Of a stretch of 64,000 bases of DNA, positions 27,683 to 52,245 are shown one piece after another (the stretch's first letter is position 1; the number at the start of each line of letters is the position of its first letter). Both the position numbers and the translations under genes were made by a program. The DNA lies in assembly GCF_009914755.1 (NCBI RefSeq), contig NC_060944.1; one strand, written 5' to 3'. The notes beneath the pieces were generated by a model. That model did no database searches and was not told where the DNA came from. It was given only the letters and a program-made list of their open reading frames with translations. Origin of the DNA: the human T2T-CHM13v2.0 reference genome, Homo sapiens.

Positions 27683-28724
27683 AACAACATACTGAGTATC
27701 TACTGTATGCCATTTTGGCAAGGAGCAGGAATGGAGGACAAAGTCATAGGCAGGAAAAGGATTCTGGAAAAGTGGTCCAGGCAGATGTCAGGACAAAGGG
27801 AAGAGTTTGCTCAAGTTTGTCATGTGGAGGAGCAGAGAGGACGCTGGCAGGGCAGGTGGGAATGGAGGAAGTTGGGTTTGCTGGGTTGATAAGGGCCAGA
27901 TCAGACATCATTTTACAGAAGGATTCATTGAACAACTATGGTATGTACCACATGTGTTCTGTTCTTTTTCCCCTAGACTGCTCAGGAGAATTTATTCATT
28001 TTTTTTTAGAGACAGAGTCTTGCTCTGTTGCCCAGGTTATAGTGCAATGGCATCATCTGAGCTCATTGCAGCCGCAACTCCTGGGCTCAAGCGATTCTCC
28101 TGCCTCAGCCTCCCAAGTAGCTAAGATTACAGGCATGCACCACCACACTCAGCTAATTTTTTTTTTTTTTTTTGTATTTTTAGTGGCGACAGTGTTTCAC
28201 CATGTTGGTCAGGCTGGTCTCGAACTCCTGACCTCAGATGATCTGCTCACATTGGCTTCCCAAAGTGCTGGGATTACAGGCATGAGCCACTGCCCCTGGC
28301 CATAGCTTGTAGAACTTCTTTGTCACTCCACAGAGCTCAGTACAATTTAAGGCACAGCGAGGGTGCCCAGCTGACTCTTGATTATTTCCTATGCAGCATA
28401 AAGTTCTGCTCCTCGGGAGTAAATCTGCGAATCAGAGCCTTCCTCAGGAAGATAGCTCTACAGATGACCCAGGGGAACAAGTACAAGCCGTGCATTCCAG
28501 CACCCAGGATTTCTTGTTTCATGTCATTTTAAAGAACTCATGGTTTCAGGTATACTGTGGAGTCCTAGGTTCATTCCCAGCCTTGGCCTCAGTTGTCAAG
28601 CTAGCTGTTCCTTCTCACTTGGGGGATTCAGCCCCTTCCCATTTTACCCACCAACTCCTAATCATCTCCCCTGCTCTACTCAACCATCTTTTTCTGGACA
28701 CTCTTCCTGCATAACCTAGTATAG

Positions 28725-30270
<1,546 letters not shown>

Positions 30271-30829
30271 CGCTCTCATATTTTCAAAGGAAGCCGGAAA
30301 CCTGGACTTTTAAAGTGAAATACCCACCCCCCACAACATTTAAGTACTGACTAATAATTTTTAGAAACAACATAGGCCAAACAAAACACATAGGTGGCTC
30401 CGAGTTTGTAGGTAGCCTGTGGTTTAATATCTTTCTCTCCCATTTAACTCAGCTCCACGGGGCACATGGCATCTCCCTCTGCTCATCATAGTGTTTGGAT
30501 CAAACAAATGAAAAACAGAAACATGACGGCCTCTACCAGCAAAAGCTCGAGGGTTGGAAAGAGTCCCCTGGCAGGGAATTGGCACCCCGTCGTGCCTATC
30601 CTCTCTCTCTGACTGCCTGCTGGAAATGCCCCCATCTCCCTTTGAGTCCTCCTCCCGGGCAACCCCTGTGACCTGTAACCTCTGTCCTGAAATCATCACA
30701 ATGGCCAGGGTGGCCTCAGCTCAGGGCCTCTGTGACATCACCAAGGGCCTGGCACCAGGTGCCCAGTCTTCCAGTTGCGAGGGCAAGCAAACCCGTCATG
30801 AGCAACTCCCTTCCCCATCTCTGCTCACC

Positions 30830-31078
30830 ATGTGGACGCTGAAATCGTCCCTGGTCCTGCTTCTGTGCCTCACCTGCAGCTATGCCTTTATGTTCTCTTC
30901 TCTGAGACAGAAAACTAGCGAACCCCAGGGGAAGGTGCCGTGTGGAGAGCACTTTCGGATTCGGCAGAACCTACCAGAGCACACCCAAGGCTGGCTTGGG
31001 AGCAAATGGCTCTGGCTTTTGTTTGCTGTTGTGCCGTTTGTGATACTGAAGTGTCAAAGAGACAGTGAGAAGAATAAG
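30830..31078 (+). CDS. FAM209B: FAM209B exon 1
   Basis: caccATG; 83 codons; AAG|gtaagg; paralogue of 22303-22551. Confidence 0.93.
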
Positions 31079-31362
31079 GTAAGGATGGCTCCATTTTTTT
31101 TACACCATATTGATTCAATCTCAGGAGTCTCAGGGAAACGGATGTTCTAGTGAGTCTAGGCGGCACCGTTGGGTATAATGAACCGACCTCATGGTCCTGG
31201 GCAAAGCTGGCAAATTCACTTCCTGATGTATCCTTAGTGAAGACAATAGTCCCCACATCCACAGATATTGGGACAAACAGTGGAAGATGACCTCTAGTTT
31301 CTTGGCTCAAAGTTCTTCTGGTTAGATGGATTTTTTCAAATGTAGGATAGATTCAAGAACTC

Positions 31363-33192
<1,830 letters not shown>

Positions 33193-33337
33193 GAGATGAA
33201 GGTGTAAAGTAGTAACAGCTGGGCCTCAAAGTGACCATAAACAATTCTTTCAAGTAGAAGGAGAAAGGGAAAGAAAGCGTATTCTCCCCTAGAAAGACCC
33301 AGCATTTCATGATCCTGTGCCCAAACTGATTAGAGGA

Positions 33338-33550
33338 AGGATTGGCAAACTTTTTCTGTAAAGGGCCAGAGAGTGAATATTTACAGCTTTGTGGGCAGTA
33401 CGGTCTTCCTTGCAACTACTCAAATCTGCTGTTGTAACATGAAGCAGCCTTAAACAATATAGAAATGAGTGAGCATGACTGTGTGCCAATAAAACTTTAT
33501 TTACAAAAACAGGTGGAGGGCCAAATTTGGCCATAGTCTGCCAGTGCCTG
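33338..33550 (+). mobile_element. MER58A-like hAT element (truncated copy at about 23129-23236 in FAM209A)
   Basis: ggcaaactttttctgtaaagggccag...ccaataaaactttatttacaaaaacagg. Confidence 0.8.
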
Positions 33551-33662
33551 CACTCGAGCACTGCTAGAACCATCTTTTCTTAAATGAGCCCAACTGTCTT
33601 GGAACTGTGTCAAAACCAGCAAAGTCCATGATATTATTGACCTTGAATATCTTTCTTGACAG

Positions 33663-33929
33663 GAGCAGAGTCCTCCTGGCCTTCGAGGCTTCCCATTTCG
33701 CACTCCACTAAAGAAAAATCAAAATGCTTCTCTTTACAAAGACTGTGTATTCAATACCTTAAACGAACTTGAAGTGGAGCTTTTGAAATTTGTGTCCGAA
33801 GTGCAGAATCTTAAAGGTGCCATGGCAACAGGCAGTGGCAGTAACCTCAAGCTTCGAAGGTCAGAGATGCCTGCAGATCCATACCATGTCACAATCTGTA
33901 AAATATGGGGAGAAGAAAGCTCTAGCTGA
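33663..33929 (+). CDS. FAM209B: FAM209B exon 2 [21 protein letters not shown]...WGEESSS*
   Basis: ctttcttgacag| acceptor; 88 codons plus TGA; 171 aa in total. Confidence 0.93.
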
Positions 33930-33986
33930 ATGGATTTGTGTGTCAGGAGAGAAAAAAGTTGAGTGTTGACAAACTGTATGCAAACT

Positions 33987-33992
33987 AATAAA
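33987..33992 (+). terminator. FAM209B: FAM209B polyadenylation signal
   Basis: AATAAA at the paralogous position. Confidence 0.8.
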
Positions 33993-34505
33993 ACTATTCT
34001 GAAGAAAAGAACTTCCATGTTTGAGAGCTTGCTTCTTTTCTTTTTTTTCACTAGAAGAAAAAGTGAATGGGAGACCAGTAGCCATAGCAGTGATGGTTTT
34101 GTTTTTGCCTCTCTCATGTCGTCTAGAGCTGTGGATGGTGAGGAGAGCACCGAAAGCTACATAATAGTACGTGATGAGCTCATGCTTCCGTGCAATGGCC
34201 GCGGGTGGACGATGGAGCTAGGGAAATCTGGGATAAGATGCTGACGTCACTTCCATACAAACTCTCACTCTCTGTAGTATCTACTTGTGCAAGATACAGA
34301 ACTGCTTTTTATCTTTGATTTATTACAAAAGACGGCGTTAATGATAGTTTTAAAATGGTAAAATGATTCAATTAGGAGGGGTGTATTCTAGAGTTATCTG
34401 ATTCTCTCACCACAAGAGTCCTTTCACTCATTCCATGTCAAAGGTTCCATGCATTGACTTTTCCTTCTACCAAACTGGCAGTTACATTTGTCAGTAGTTG
34501 GATTA

Positions 34506-34715
<210 letters not shown>

Positions 34716-34875
34716 CTAACCAGGGGCTCCCCAATCAGTTGATATGTACTTTATCATACTTATTTAAAATGTGGATATTTTACATGTTAGTGTGGCTGAC
34801 TCTGCACACACTTAGGGCTGTAAGTCTCCTACTGACCCCTGAGCCGACCTTCCCTCATTTAAAAGGCCAACCTGT

Positions 34876-35252
<377 letters not shown>

Positions 35253-35649
35253 TCAGTCCAAACTTCTGGTGCCTGACAGAGAAGTCCTGAATCTCTGCCA
35301 CCTTCCTTTATTTGTCCGCTCCCATTATTTGCACAAGGCTTTCAGGATCCTCCCTGAACATGTGATTTTCTCCATGTGTAGGAGGTGGACCTCTTGTAAA
35401 ATGTCCTTGAACATTTTGCTTTTTGTCTTAACTCTCAGCTTTCAATATGGGGGAAATGGAAGGAGCCAAGATTACTCCTTTTGCCTTCCAGATTATTTAT
35501 GAGTGTTTTCAAGCAAACCAGAGTATGTGAGTTATTGTCACAGCCCACTCTGAAGAAATCCAGATAAGAAAAAAATTGGTTTTAACCAGTAATCTCAAGA
35601 TGGGGCAGGTTTTAGATTGTCTTCATTTAACCAGTAGCTATTAGATCTG

Positions 35650-36178
35650 CGGTCAGCAAGCTACAGCTCACAGGCCAATTTGGCCGCCTGCCTATATTTG
35701 TACAGCCTTGTGAACTAATAATGATTTTTATATTTTTTCGTGGTTAAAAATATCAGGCAGGGTGTGGTGGTGTGCACCTGTAGTACCAGCTACTCTGGAG
35801 GATGAGGCAGGAGGATTGCTTGAGCCCAGGAGTCTGAGTTCAGCCTGAGCAACATAGTGAGAACCTGTTGCTATATATATATATATATATGGCAACATAT
35901 ATATATATGGCAACATATATATATATAATATATATATTTGAAGACATGAAACTCACATAAAATCCAAATTTTAGCACCCATGAAGTTTTATTGGAACACA
36001 GCCACATTCTTTAATTTACATATTATCTATGGCTGCTTTTGTGCCACAGAATTTCCACGTTGTCTATGGGTCTAGATTTTGTGCTTACAGTGGCACGCTT
36101 GAATTATTGCAACAGAAAACAATATAGCCCAGAAATATTTACTAACTGGCCCTTTACAGGACAAGCTTGCCAACCCCT
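35650..36178 (+). mobile_element. MER33-like hAT element interrupted by an Alu monomer and a (TA)n tract
   Basis: ggtcagcaagctacagc...ggccctttacagg...ttgccaacccct. Confidence 0.65.
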
Positions 36179-36212
36179 AATTTATGCTAATCTCATATGT
36201 TAACAAGCAGAA

Positions 36213-37910
<1,698 letters not shown>

Positions 37911-38329
37911 AGAAGCTGATACATAAATGATAACTGCTGATCACTGTAGTTGCCTAAATCCTAATAAAGTGTTTATCAGAGCAGGCTGACAGCTCAGACT
38001 GTCTGCAGAATGCATTCCCTTGCAGCTGTAGGACTCGTGGCATTTCGCATCTTCAGAGCCAATAAGGAGAGTAAGATTCTAGAGTGAGTCACTCATACAA
38101 CAGGGGCCTCACAATGTGATGTCATCATGGGAGCCATGGACATCAGCTCTGCCATGCTCTACTGGGTGGAAACAGGTCACTCACGGTTTGAATACCAGGA
38201 ATGGGACCCAGCTGCAAAGACGCTGCTCCAGCATGAGGTGATGGAGGCGTCGTGCTGCTGCTAACAAAAAGTTGAGCATTAGACAGGAGGGGACGTGGTC
38301 ACTGGACAGGGCCTTGTTCATGAACCTCG

Positions 38330-39160
38330 ATGCGGGTGGTGGGCTGAATTCTAAGATGGTCCCGAGAGGCACTCACCTTTTGGTTTTTGGGGGGTTTTTT
38401 GTTTGCTTGTTTTTGTTTTTGAGATGGAGTTTTGTCTTGTCACCCAGGCTAGGGTGCAATGGCACAATCTTGGCTCACCGCAACCTCCTCCTCCCGGGTT
38501 CAAGCGATTCTCCTGCCTCAGACCCCGGAATAGCTGGGATTACAGGCATGCGCCACCACACCCGGCTAATTTTGTATTTTTAGTAGAGACGGGGTTTCTC
38601 CATGTTGGTCAGGCTGGTCTGAAACTCCCGACCTCAGATGATCCGCCTGCCTCGGCCTCCCAAAGTGCTGGGATTACAGGCGTGAGCCACTTGCCCCCGG
38701 CTGGCACTCACCTTTTGTAATCTTTCCCTTGAGTGTGGTGGGAGCTGTGAAGACGATGACATTGTCTTACGTAAGACCCCATAGTAGCCACGAGACTTCC
38801 CTGGCAGCCTGAAGATGGAGGCTGCGGTATTGTGAGACCACGGGGGTTCCATGGTAGGGACATGAGGGTGGCCGCTAGGACCCGAAAGAAAGCCTAGACA
38901 ACAGCTGGGAAGAAAGCGTGGCCTCCAGTGCTATAGCTGTAGAAATGCATTCCACCAACAACCAGTGGCTTGGAAGAGGGAGCCTAAGCCTCAGATGATA
39001 GAGCAGCCATGACCGACACCTGATTTCTGCCTGGTGGGACCCTAAGCAGAGACCCCGCCAGCCTTACGTGTACTCCTGACCCACAAAAACTGTGTGATAA
39101 GTGGGCGTTGTTGTAAGCCACTACACTTATGGCCAAGTTTTTACACAGCAATTGAATACA
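38330..39160 (+). mobile_element. MLT1-type MaLR LTR interrupted by an antisense Alu (TSD GGCACTCACCTTTT)
   Basis: cctcagatgatagagcagcc...cctgacccacaaaaactgtgtgataa...tacacagcaat. Confidence 0.65.
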
Positions 39161-39409
39161 TCATGCATACACACACAAACACACAAAATGTTTCCATCTG
39201 CCACTTCTGATACCACAGCTGACACGTCCACCTTGCCCTTTGACCTAGTCACTGGGTCTCTGAACCAGGGAAATGAGACCAAAGAAACAGCAGCCATGGA
39301 TCAAGAATGAGAACACCCAGTCCCTTGAAAGCAGAGGCTATGAACTATTGGCTCAGACACCAAACCTCCCCTGCCCATACCATGTTTGTTTGGCCCACAG
39401 TAATTTTTC

Positions 39410-40430
<1,021 letters not shown>

Positions 40431-40434
40431 GGCT

Positions 40435-40822
40435 GATAGAGTCTGGCTCTGTGTCCCCACCCAAATCTCATCTCGAATTGTAATCCAAATTGTAATCCCC
40501 ACGTGTTGGGGGACAGACCTTGTGGGAGGTGATTGAATCATGGGGGTACTTCCCCAGGGCTGTTCTCATGATATTGACTGCGTTCTCATGAGACCTGATG
40601 GTTTCGTGAGGGCTTTTCTCCCCTTTGCTCCGCACTTCTGTCATTCTCCTCCTTGCTGCCACCATGTGAAGAAGGATGCATTTGCTTCCCCTTCTGCCAT
40701 GATTGTAAGTTTCCTGAGGCCTCCCCAGCCCTGTGGAACAGTGAGTCAGTTAAACTTCTTTCCTTTATAAATTACCCAGTTTTGGGTATTTCTTTATAGC
40801 AGCGTGAGAACGGACTAATACA
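40435..40822 (+). mobile_element. THE1 (C/D-like) MaLR solo LTR
   Basis: tgatagagtctggctctgtgtccccacccaaatctc...gagaacggactaataca. Confidence 0.85.
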
Positions 40823-41262
40823 GTGGCCAACATTTTACAATGAAATTTCACATTATATTCTAATGTATTCTAATGGGAGAGATAGACAGCAAACCATAAG
40901 TACCGATAATATGCAAATAATTACAATGGGGGATGTATCACAATGGATTTAAACCCTTTGTATTTTCCCACTGTGCTCACAGTGGTGTTCAATCCCACTC
41001 CGCTGGCCTGCAGGTGCCCACAGGTCCTGGTCCCCTCCTAGCTCTGTGAATAGTCCCCTCCCAGCTGCATGTGCCAAGCTCATTTCTGCCTCAGGGACTT
41101 TGCACAGGCTTCCTTCCCTGGCATGTTTCCTCCAGATACCACATTGCTGGCTAGTAGGCTTGTGACTTTGGTCTTTGCTCAGCGGTCACCCCTCAGGGTG
41201 GCTCTCCCTGGCAGCCCAGCTAACGGGGCCCCTCCCATCTCTCCTATCACATCCTCCGACTT

Positions 41263-41453
41263 TCTTTTTTTTTTTCTTTCTTTTTTTTCTTTTTCTTTTT
41301 TTTAATTATACTTTAAGTTTTAGGGTACATGTGCACATTGTGCAGGTTAGTTACATATGTATACATGTGCCATGCTGGTGTGCTGCACCCACTAACTCTT
41401 CATCTAGCATTAGGTATATCTCCCAATGCTATCCCTCCCCCCTCCCCCCACCC
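41263..41453 (-). mobile_element. Young 5'-truncated L1 3' end (L1PA2 or non-Ta L1HS-like)
   Basis: Minus strand ctaatgctagatgaagagttagtgggtgcagc...cctgcacaatgtgcacatgtaccctaaaacttaaagtata plus poly-A. Confidence 0.85.
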
Positions 41454-41552
41454 TCTTTTTTTTTTTTTTCTTTTTGCAGCACCTATTACTATGGGACATT
41501 ATGCTTTCTGTTAACCTGTTTCTTGTTTCTGCCTTCTCCCCATAGACAGGGA

Positions 41553-43910
<2,358 letters not shown>

Positions 43911-44151
43911 TCATCCAGCTGTCTCTGAACTTAACATCCTACACAACTGCAGTACAATTGTGAAAACCAAGAAATGTGATATTGGTACAGCACTGTTAAC
44001 AATTTTATTTGAATTTCCTTCAGGAATAAAATTCACTCCGTGAATGTGCACCCAGAATGCATTGACTTATCCCTCCTTAGTCTCCTCCAGCCTGGAACAG
44101 TCCTCAGTCTTCCCTCATCTTCTATGACCTTGATAGTGATCAGTTGTTTGG

Positions 44152-45213
<1,062 letters not shown>

Positions 45214-46265
45214 CAATGAAGAATGGCGATCGGCTATTCAGTAGAATGTCCCTCGATGTGGGTTCGAAGGGTGTTTTCTCATGATAGGAACGCGGTTGTA
45301 TGTGTGTGGCAGTGATGCTGGGGAAGCGCTGTGGTGGCCTTCTCAGTGCCCCGGACCAGGGGTTCATGTTGTGTTTGTGCCCCTCACAGTGGACATTAGC
45401 TGTGCTCATTGGACGATACTGGTGTTCACTGGGCTATGATGGGTGTCTGCTCTGGAAGGGTATTTTTCCCCGTTGTTGTTAATAAATGCATTAGGGGAAC
45501 TACTTTGAATTTGCACCAATCCTGCCTCCTTAGCCTTCCACCCACTAAGCTGAGCATGCATCGGTGGGCCTTGGCTGCAACAACTATTTCCGCAGGGTTT
45601 GGTGCTTACCTAATGGTGATTTCAATTTTCCTCTCCTTCTACATTTTTTATTGATTGGAATTCTGCTGTAAGGAAGAGCTGTTCCTTCGCTGTTGATTGA
45701 TGGATGGATTTCAGTATGGACTTATGGGTGTTTATTTTATTCTATTAAAATCTGATGTTTTTGTTATTTTCTGGCTTCAACCTTGCCACCTTTGGCATTA
45801 GGAGCTCCTTTGGGTTGGCACTTGTGTTATGTGAGCAAGCCCCTTCCTCTTCTGAGCAATTCCTTACTTTCTGGCAACCCAAGATGCTCCATGCTCATCT
45901 GGTTCATTGCCTGCCTTCGTCCTGGAATCAGCCACTTCCCCAAGGGGCCAGGTTCCTTTTCTTGGAGAATGGTGTTTAGAAGCCAGGACCTGGTTACTGG
46001 GTGTGCTTGTTGCTATTGGGCTGCTATTGCTCTTAGGCCATCTTGTAGGAAATATAAATGGGTGTATGAAGCCTCTCCCCGAACACAGCTATGGTTCTGC
46101 ATCTGTCTGGGTGTATGAATGTGAAATACCATGATTCTATGCTGACCTCTCCATTCTAGAAAGACACTTCGGGTTCATTCCAGCCATCCTCCTTCCCCTT
46201 CTTTACAGCTTCTTTCTCCAGCAGCAGGAAACCTGGCTTTCATGATCTATATTTACTTATATGTT

Positions 46266-46680
46266 TGATATAGTTTGGATCTGTGTCCCCGCTGAAATCT
46301 CATATTGAAGTGTAATCCCCCATGTTGGAGGTAGGGCATGGTGGGAGGTGATTGGATCATGGGGGTGGATTTCTCATGAATGGTTTGGCACCATCCCCTT
46401 GGTGCTGTTCTCATGACAGTGAGTGAGTTCTTGTGAGATCTGGTTGTTTAAAAGTGTGTGGCATCTCCCCTCACCCCCTTGCTCCTCCTCTGGCCATGTG
46501 ACGTAGCTGCCCCTCCTTTGCCTTCCACCGTGATTGTAAGTTTCCTGAGGCCTTCCTAGAAGCCCAGCAGATGCCAGCACCATGCTTCCTGTACAGCCTG
46601 CAGAACTGTGAGCCAATTAAGCCTCTTTTCTTTACAAATTACCCAGTGTCAGGTATTTCTTTATAGCAATCCTAATATAG
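46266..46680 (+). mobile_element. MSTA-like MaLR LTR
   Basis: tgatatagtttggatctgtgtcccc...cctgtacagcctgcagaactgtgagccaattaa. Confidence 0.8.
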
Positions 46681-46830
46681 TGTTCAATTCTAGTACACAT
46701 ACAAAGAGTTGCAAACCCATAGCCCATTAAGAACATATGTATTAACTAGATTGCACATTTGGGGACAGCTCATTTCATCTTGAGCCTCACAGTATCCAGT
46801 CACGATGTTATCTTCTAAAGTTACTCAGTG

Positions 46831-48756
<1,926 letters not shown>

Positions 48757-49028
48757 TAGCATTTGTAATACTAGTAGGAACAGTAACATTATTTTTATTA
48801 GCAAGTAACATTTTTCATTTGATTATTCATTCATACAGTAAGTGTATATTTGTTCTATGTGCTGTTATAGGCACTGGGATGAAGAGATTTAAAAACAAAC
48901 ACAACCATCAGCCTGCATAGAGCTTTCATTCTCCTGGGGGAGAGAGACAGTAAGGAAATACAAAAGCCAAATACATAGTCTATTGGGGAGCGTAGGTGCT
49001 ATGGAGAAAGCACAGAAGGGGAATAGGG

Positions 49029-49098
49029 TGTGTGTGCGTGCCTGTGTGCACATATATGTGCATGCGTGCATGTGTGTGTGTGTGTGTGTGTGTATGTG
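49029..49098 (+). repeat. (TG)n-rich microsatellite
   Basis: Seen directly. Confidence 0.9.
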
Positions 49099-49530
49099 GT
49101 GAGCAGGGTAGTTAGTTTACAACCTTAAACAATGTGATCAGGGAAGGGCTCACTGAGAAGCAGCTGACTGAGAGAGGAAGCTGTAAGGACAAGCTGGGAG
49201 GGGAAGGTGTACGGCAGGAGGAATGGGCCAGCAGAGAGCCCGCAGCAGGAGCAGCCTGGCATGACGGAGGTGCCAGTGCAGGGAGAGAAGGCGCGAGCAG
49301 CGTTGGAGCGGGGTGTGGACCTTGGAGACCCTGTAGGCTACTGAAAGGACTTTGGATTTGTCCCCGTGAGAAAGGAGAGCCATGGGAGAGTAAATCAAAT
49401 CCCTCAGAAGCCCAGAAAGCAGCTGTCCTCAGCTCACTCCTCTCACCGCAGATCACCCATTCACCAGGTACTTACTGATGGCTACCATGGGCCAGATGTG
49501 ATCCCAGGATTTGATCGTGAGAGGAGCTTG

Positions 49531-50082
49531 TGTCAGAGTGTGTGAACCAGAGCAACTCCATCTTAAACAGGAGCTGGGTAAAATGAGGCTGAAACCTACT
49601 GGGCTGCATTCCCAGATGGTGAAGGCATTCTAAGTCACAGGATGAGATAGGAGGTCAGCACAAAATACAGGTCATAAAGACCTTGCTGATAAAACAGGTT
49701 GCAGTAAAGGAGCCAGCCAAAACCCACCAAAACCAAAATAGCAAAAAGAGTGACCTCTGGTCATCCTCACTGCTACACTCCCACCAGCACCATGACAGTT
49801 TACAAATGCCATGGCAACGTCAGGAAGTTACCCTATAGGGTCTAAAAGGGGGAGGCATGAATAATCCACCCCTTGTTTAGCATATCATCAAGAAATAACC
49901 ATGAAAATGCACAACCAGCAGCCCTCGGGCCTGCTCTGTCTATGGAGTAGCCATTCTTTATTCCTTTACTTTCCTAATAAATTTGCTTTCACTTTACTCT
50001 ATGGACTCACCCTGAATTCTTTCTTGCACGAGATCCAAGAACCCTCTCTGGGGGTCTGGATCAGGACCCCTTTCCTGTAACA
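49531..50082 (+). mobile_element. MER41A-type ERV1 solo LTR
   Basis: TGTCAGAG...GAACCAGAGCAACTCCATCTT...CCCCTTTCCTGTAACA, 552 bp; 4-bp TSD CTTG on both sides. Confidence 0.9.
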
Positions 50083-51619
50083 CTTGGACTCTGGACCCAG
50101 CGGGCTCTGACAATCTGGGAGTGGCGGGCAACAAGCCTTCCTTCCCAGAAAGGGCACACGTGCAGTCAGGTAGGGCTGTGTACCACTCTGAAATGGACCA
50201 GAAGGTCTGTGGAGGCCATTGGCAGAAAACTAGCCTGTGCAGGGTGCCCTTCAGGGGGTCCTCAGGCTCTGATCATGTTTGAGCTACTTAACAGTTCTGT
50301 AGGCTGGGCGCAGTGGCTCATGTCTGTAATCCCAGCACTTTGGGAGGCGGAGGTGGGCAGATAACCTGAGGTCAGAAGTTTAAGACCAGCCTGGCCAACA
50401 TGGTGAAACCCCATCTCTACTAAAAATACAAAAACTAGCCAGGTGTGGTGGCAGGCACCTGCAATCCTAACCACTCAGGAGGCTGAGGTAGGAGAATCAC
50501 TTGAATCAGGGAGGTGGAGGTTGCAGTGAACTTAGATCACACCACTGCCCTCTGGCCTGGGTGACAGAGTGAGACTTTATCTCAAAAATAAAAAAGAAAA
50601 GAAAAAAAGGGAACAGAAACTGTGTGACTTGGACAGTGGGCACAACTTTGGGTTCCCCACCCTGCCCATTCAGCCTGGTCTCAGCCCACCTACCTTGCCA
50701 GACATCCATTTGTTCTCTAAATATTAACTGACTCCCATGAGCCAAGCAGGCTCTCAGCACTGAGCATGCAGAGGTAATAGAATCCTATGAGTTGTCAGCC
50801 TCTTAGAGGCTGTTAGACAACGGGGAGCAGACAACAGCAATGACACGGGAATATACAATAGCATGTCAGGAGAAGATCAGCCTAGAAAGAAGGATGCACC
50901 AGGAGGAGGGGCTCCTGGGCTTCATGGTCAGGGAAGACCTTTAAGAGGACACTTTGGAACAGAGCATGCACAGAAAGTACAAAGGTCCTGAGCCCCGCTC
51001 CTGCCTACCAAGGGTACACGCTACCCTTAATTACACATTCATTACCATTGCGACTGGGTTTCTGACTCACAGCATTAAAGGAGAAGCTTCGGGAGGGCAC
51101 AACCCACCACCATCGGGTCTCCACTGCCAAGCCTAGGCAATGCCTGGCTCACAGTAAATGCTTAACAAATGAGTTATTATAATAATACAAAAATATAAAC
51201 ATGAGTTATTATCATAACTCATTTATTGTATAATATTATATATTAGTTTTATATATTACATAACTAATACAACAAATATAACTAATAATTTCACAATGTG
51301 ACCTTGAAACATTAACCAAATTTTTTTGTTTTTGTTTTTGAGACAGGGTCTCGATCTCTCACCCAGGCTGGGGTACAATGATGTGGTCTTGGCTCACTGC
51401 AGCCTTGATCTCCTGGGCTCAAGCGATCCTCCAACTTCAGCCCCCTGAGTAGCTGGGACTACAGGTGCATACCACCACGCTGGGCTAATTTTTAAATTTT
51501 TTGTAGAGACGGGTCTCACTTTGTTGCATAGGCTGGTCTCAAACTCCTGAACTCAAGCAATCCTCCTGCCTTGGCCTCCCAAACTGCTAGGATTACAGGC
51601 ATAAGCCACTGCACCTGGC

Positions 51620-52245
51620 CACTCAATACATAAACTAAGATATTAATTTGCATAAGCCAACCTTACTATATTAGCCCTTATCTTCCATTAGTTCTCCCAT
51701 TTCCTGGTCACTTTCCTACAGTTTATCATTGCTTGAAACCCAAACCTTATTTCCTTTGTTAAAATGCTATATAAGGTCAGGCACAGTGGTTCACGCCTGT
51801 AATCCCAGCACTTTGGGAGCCCAAGGGGGATCATCTGAGGTCAGGAGTTTGAGACCAGCCTGGCCAACATGGTGAAACCCTATCTCTACTAAAAATACAA
51901 AAATTAGCCGGGCGTGTTGGCGGTGCCTGTAGTCCCAGCTACTCAGGAGGCTGAGGCAGGAGAATGGCTTGAGCATGGGAGGCAGAGGTTGCAGTGAGCT
52001 GAGATCACACCACTGCACTGTAGCCTGGGCAACAGAGCAAGACTCTGTGTCAAAAATAAAAGTTATATAAGCCTGAATCTAACCATTTCTTTGAGTTTTA
52101 CTTCTTTTCTATAAATTCTCATGCATGTAAATATTAACAAAAATTATATGCTTTTTCTCCTGTTAATCTGTCTTTTGTTACTTTAATTTGCAGATCCCAG
52201 GTACCGAACTGAAGATGGTAGAGGAAAAGTTTTTCCTGCTTAACA
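51620..52245 (+). mobile_element. MER34/MER39-like LTR remnant with an internal Alu
   Basis: tatgctttttctcctgttaatctgtcttttgt...gaggaaaagtttttcct. Confidence 0.5.
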
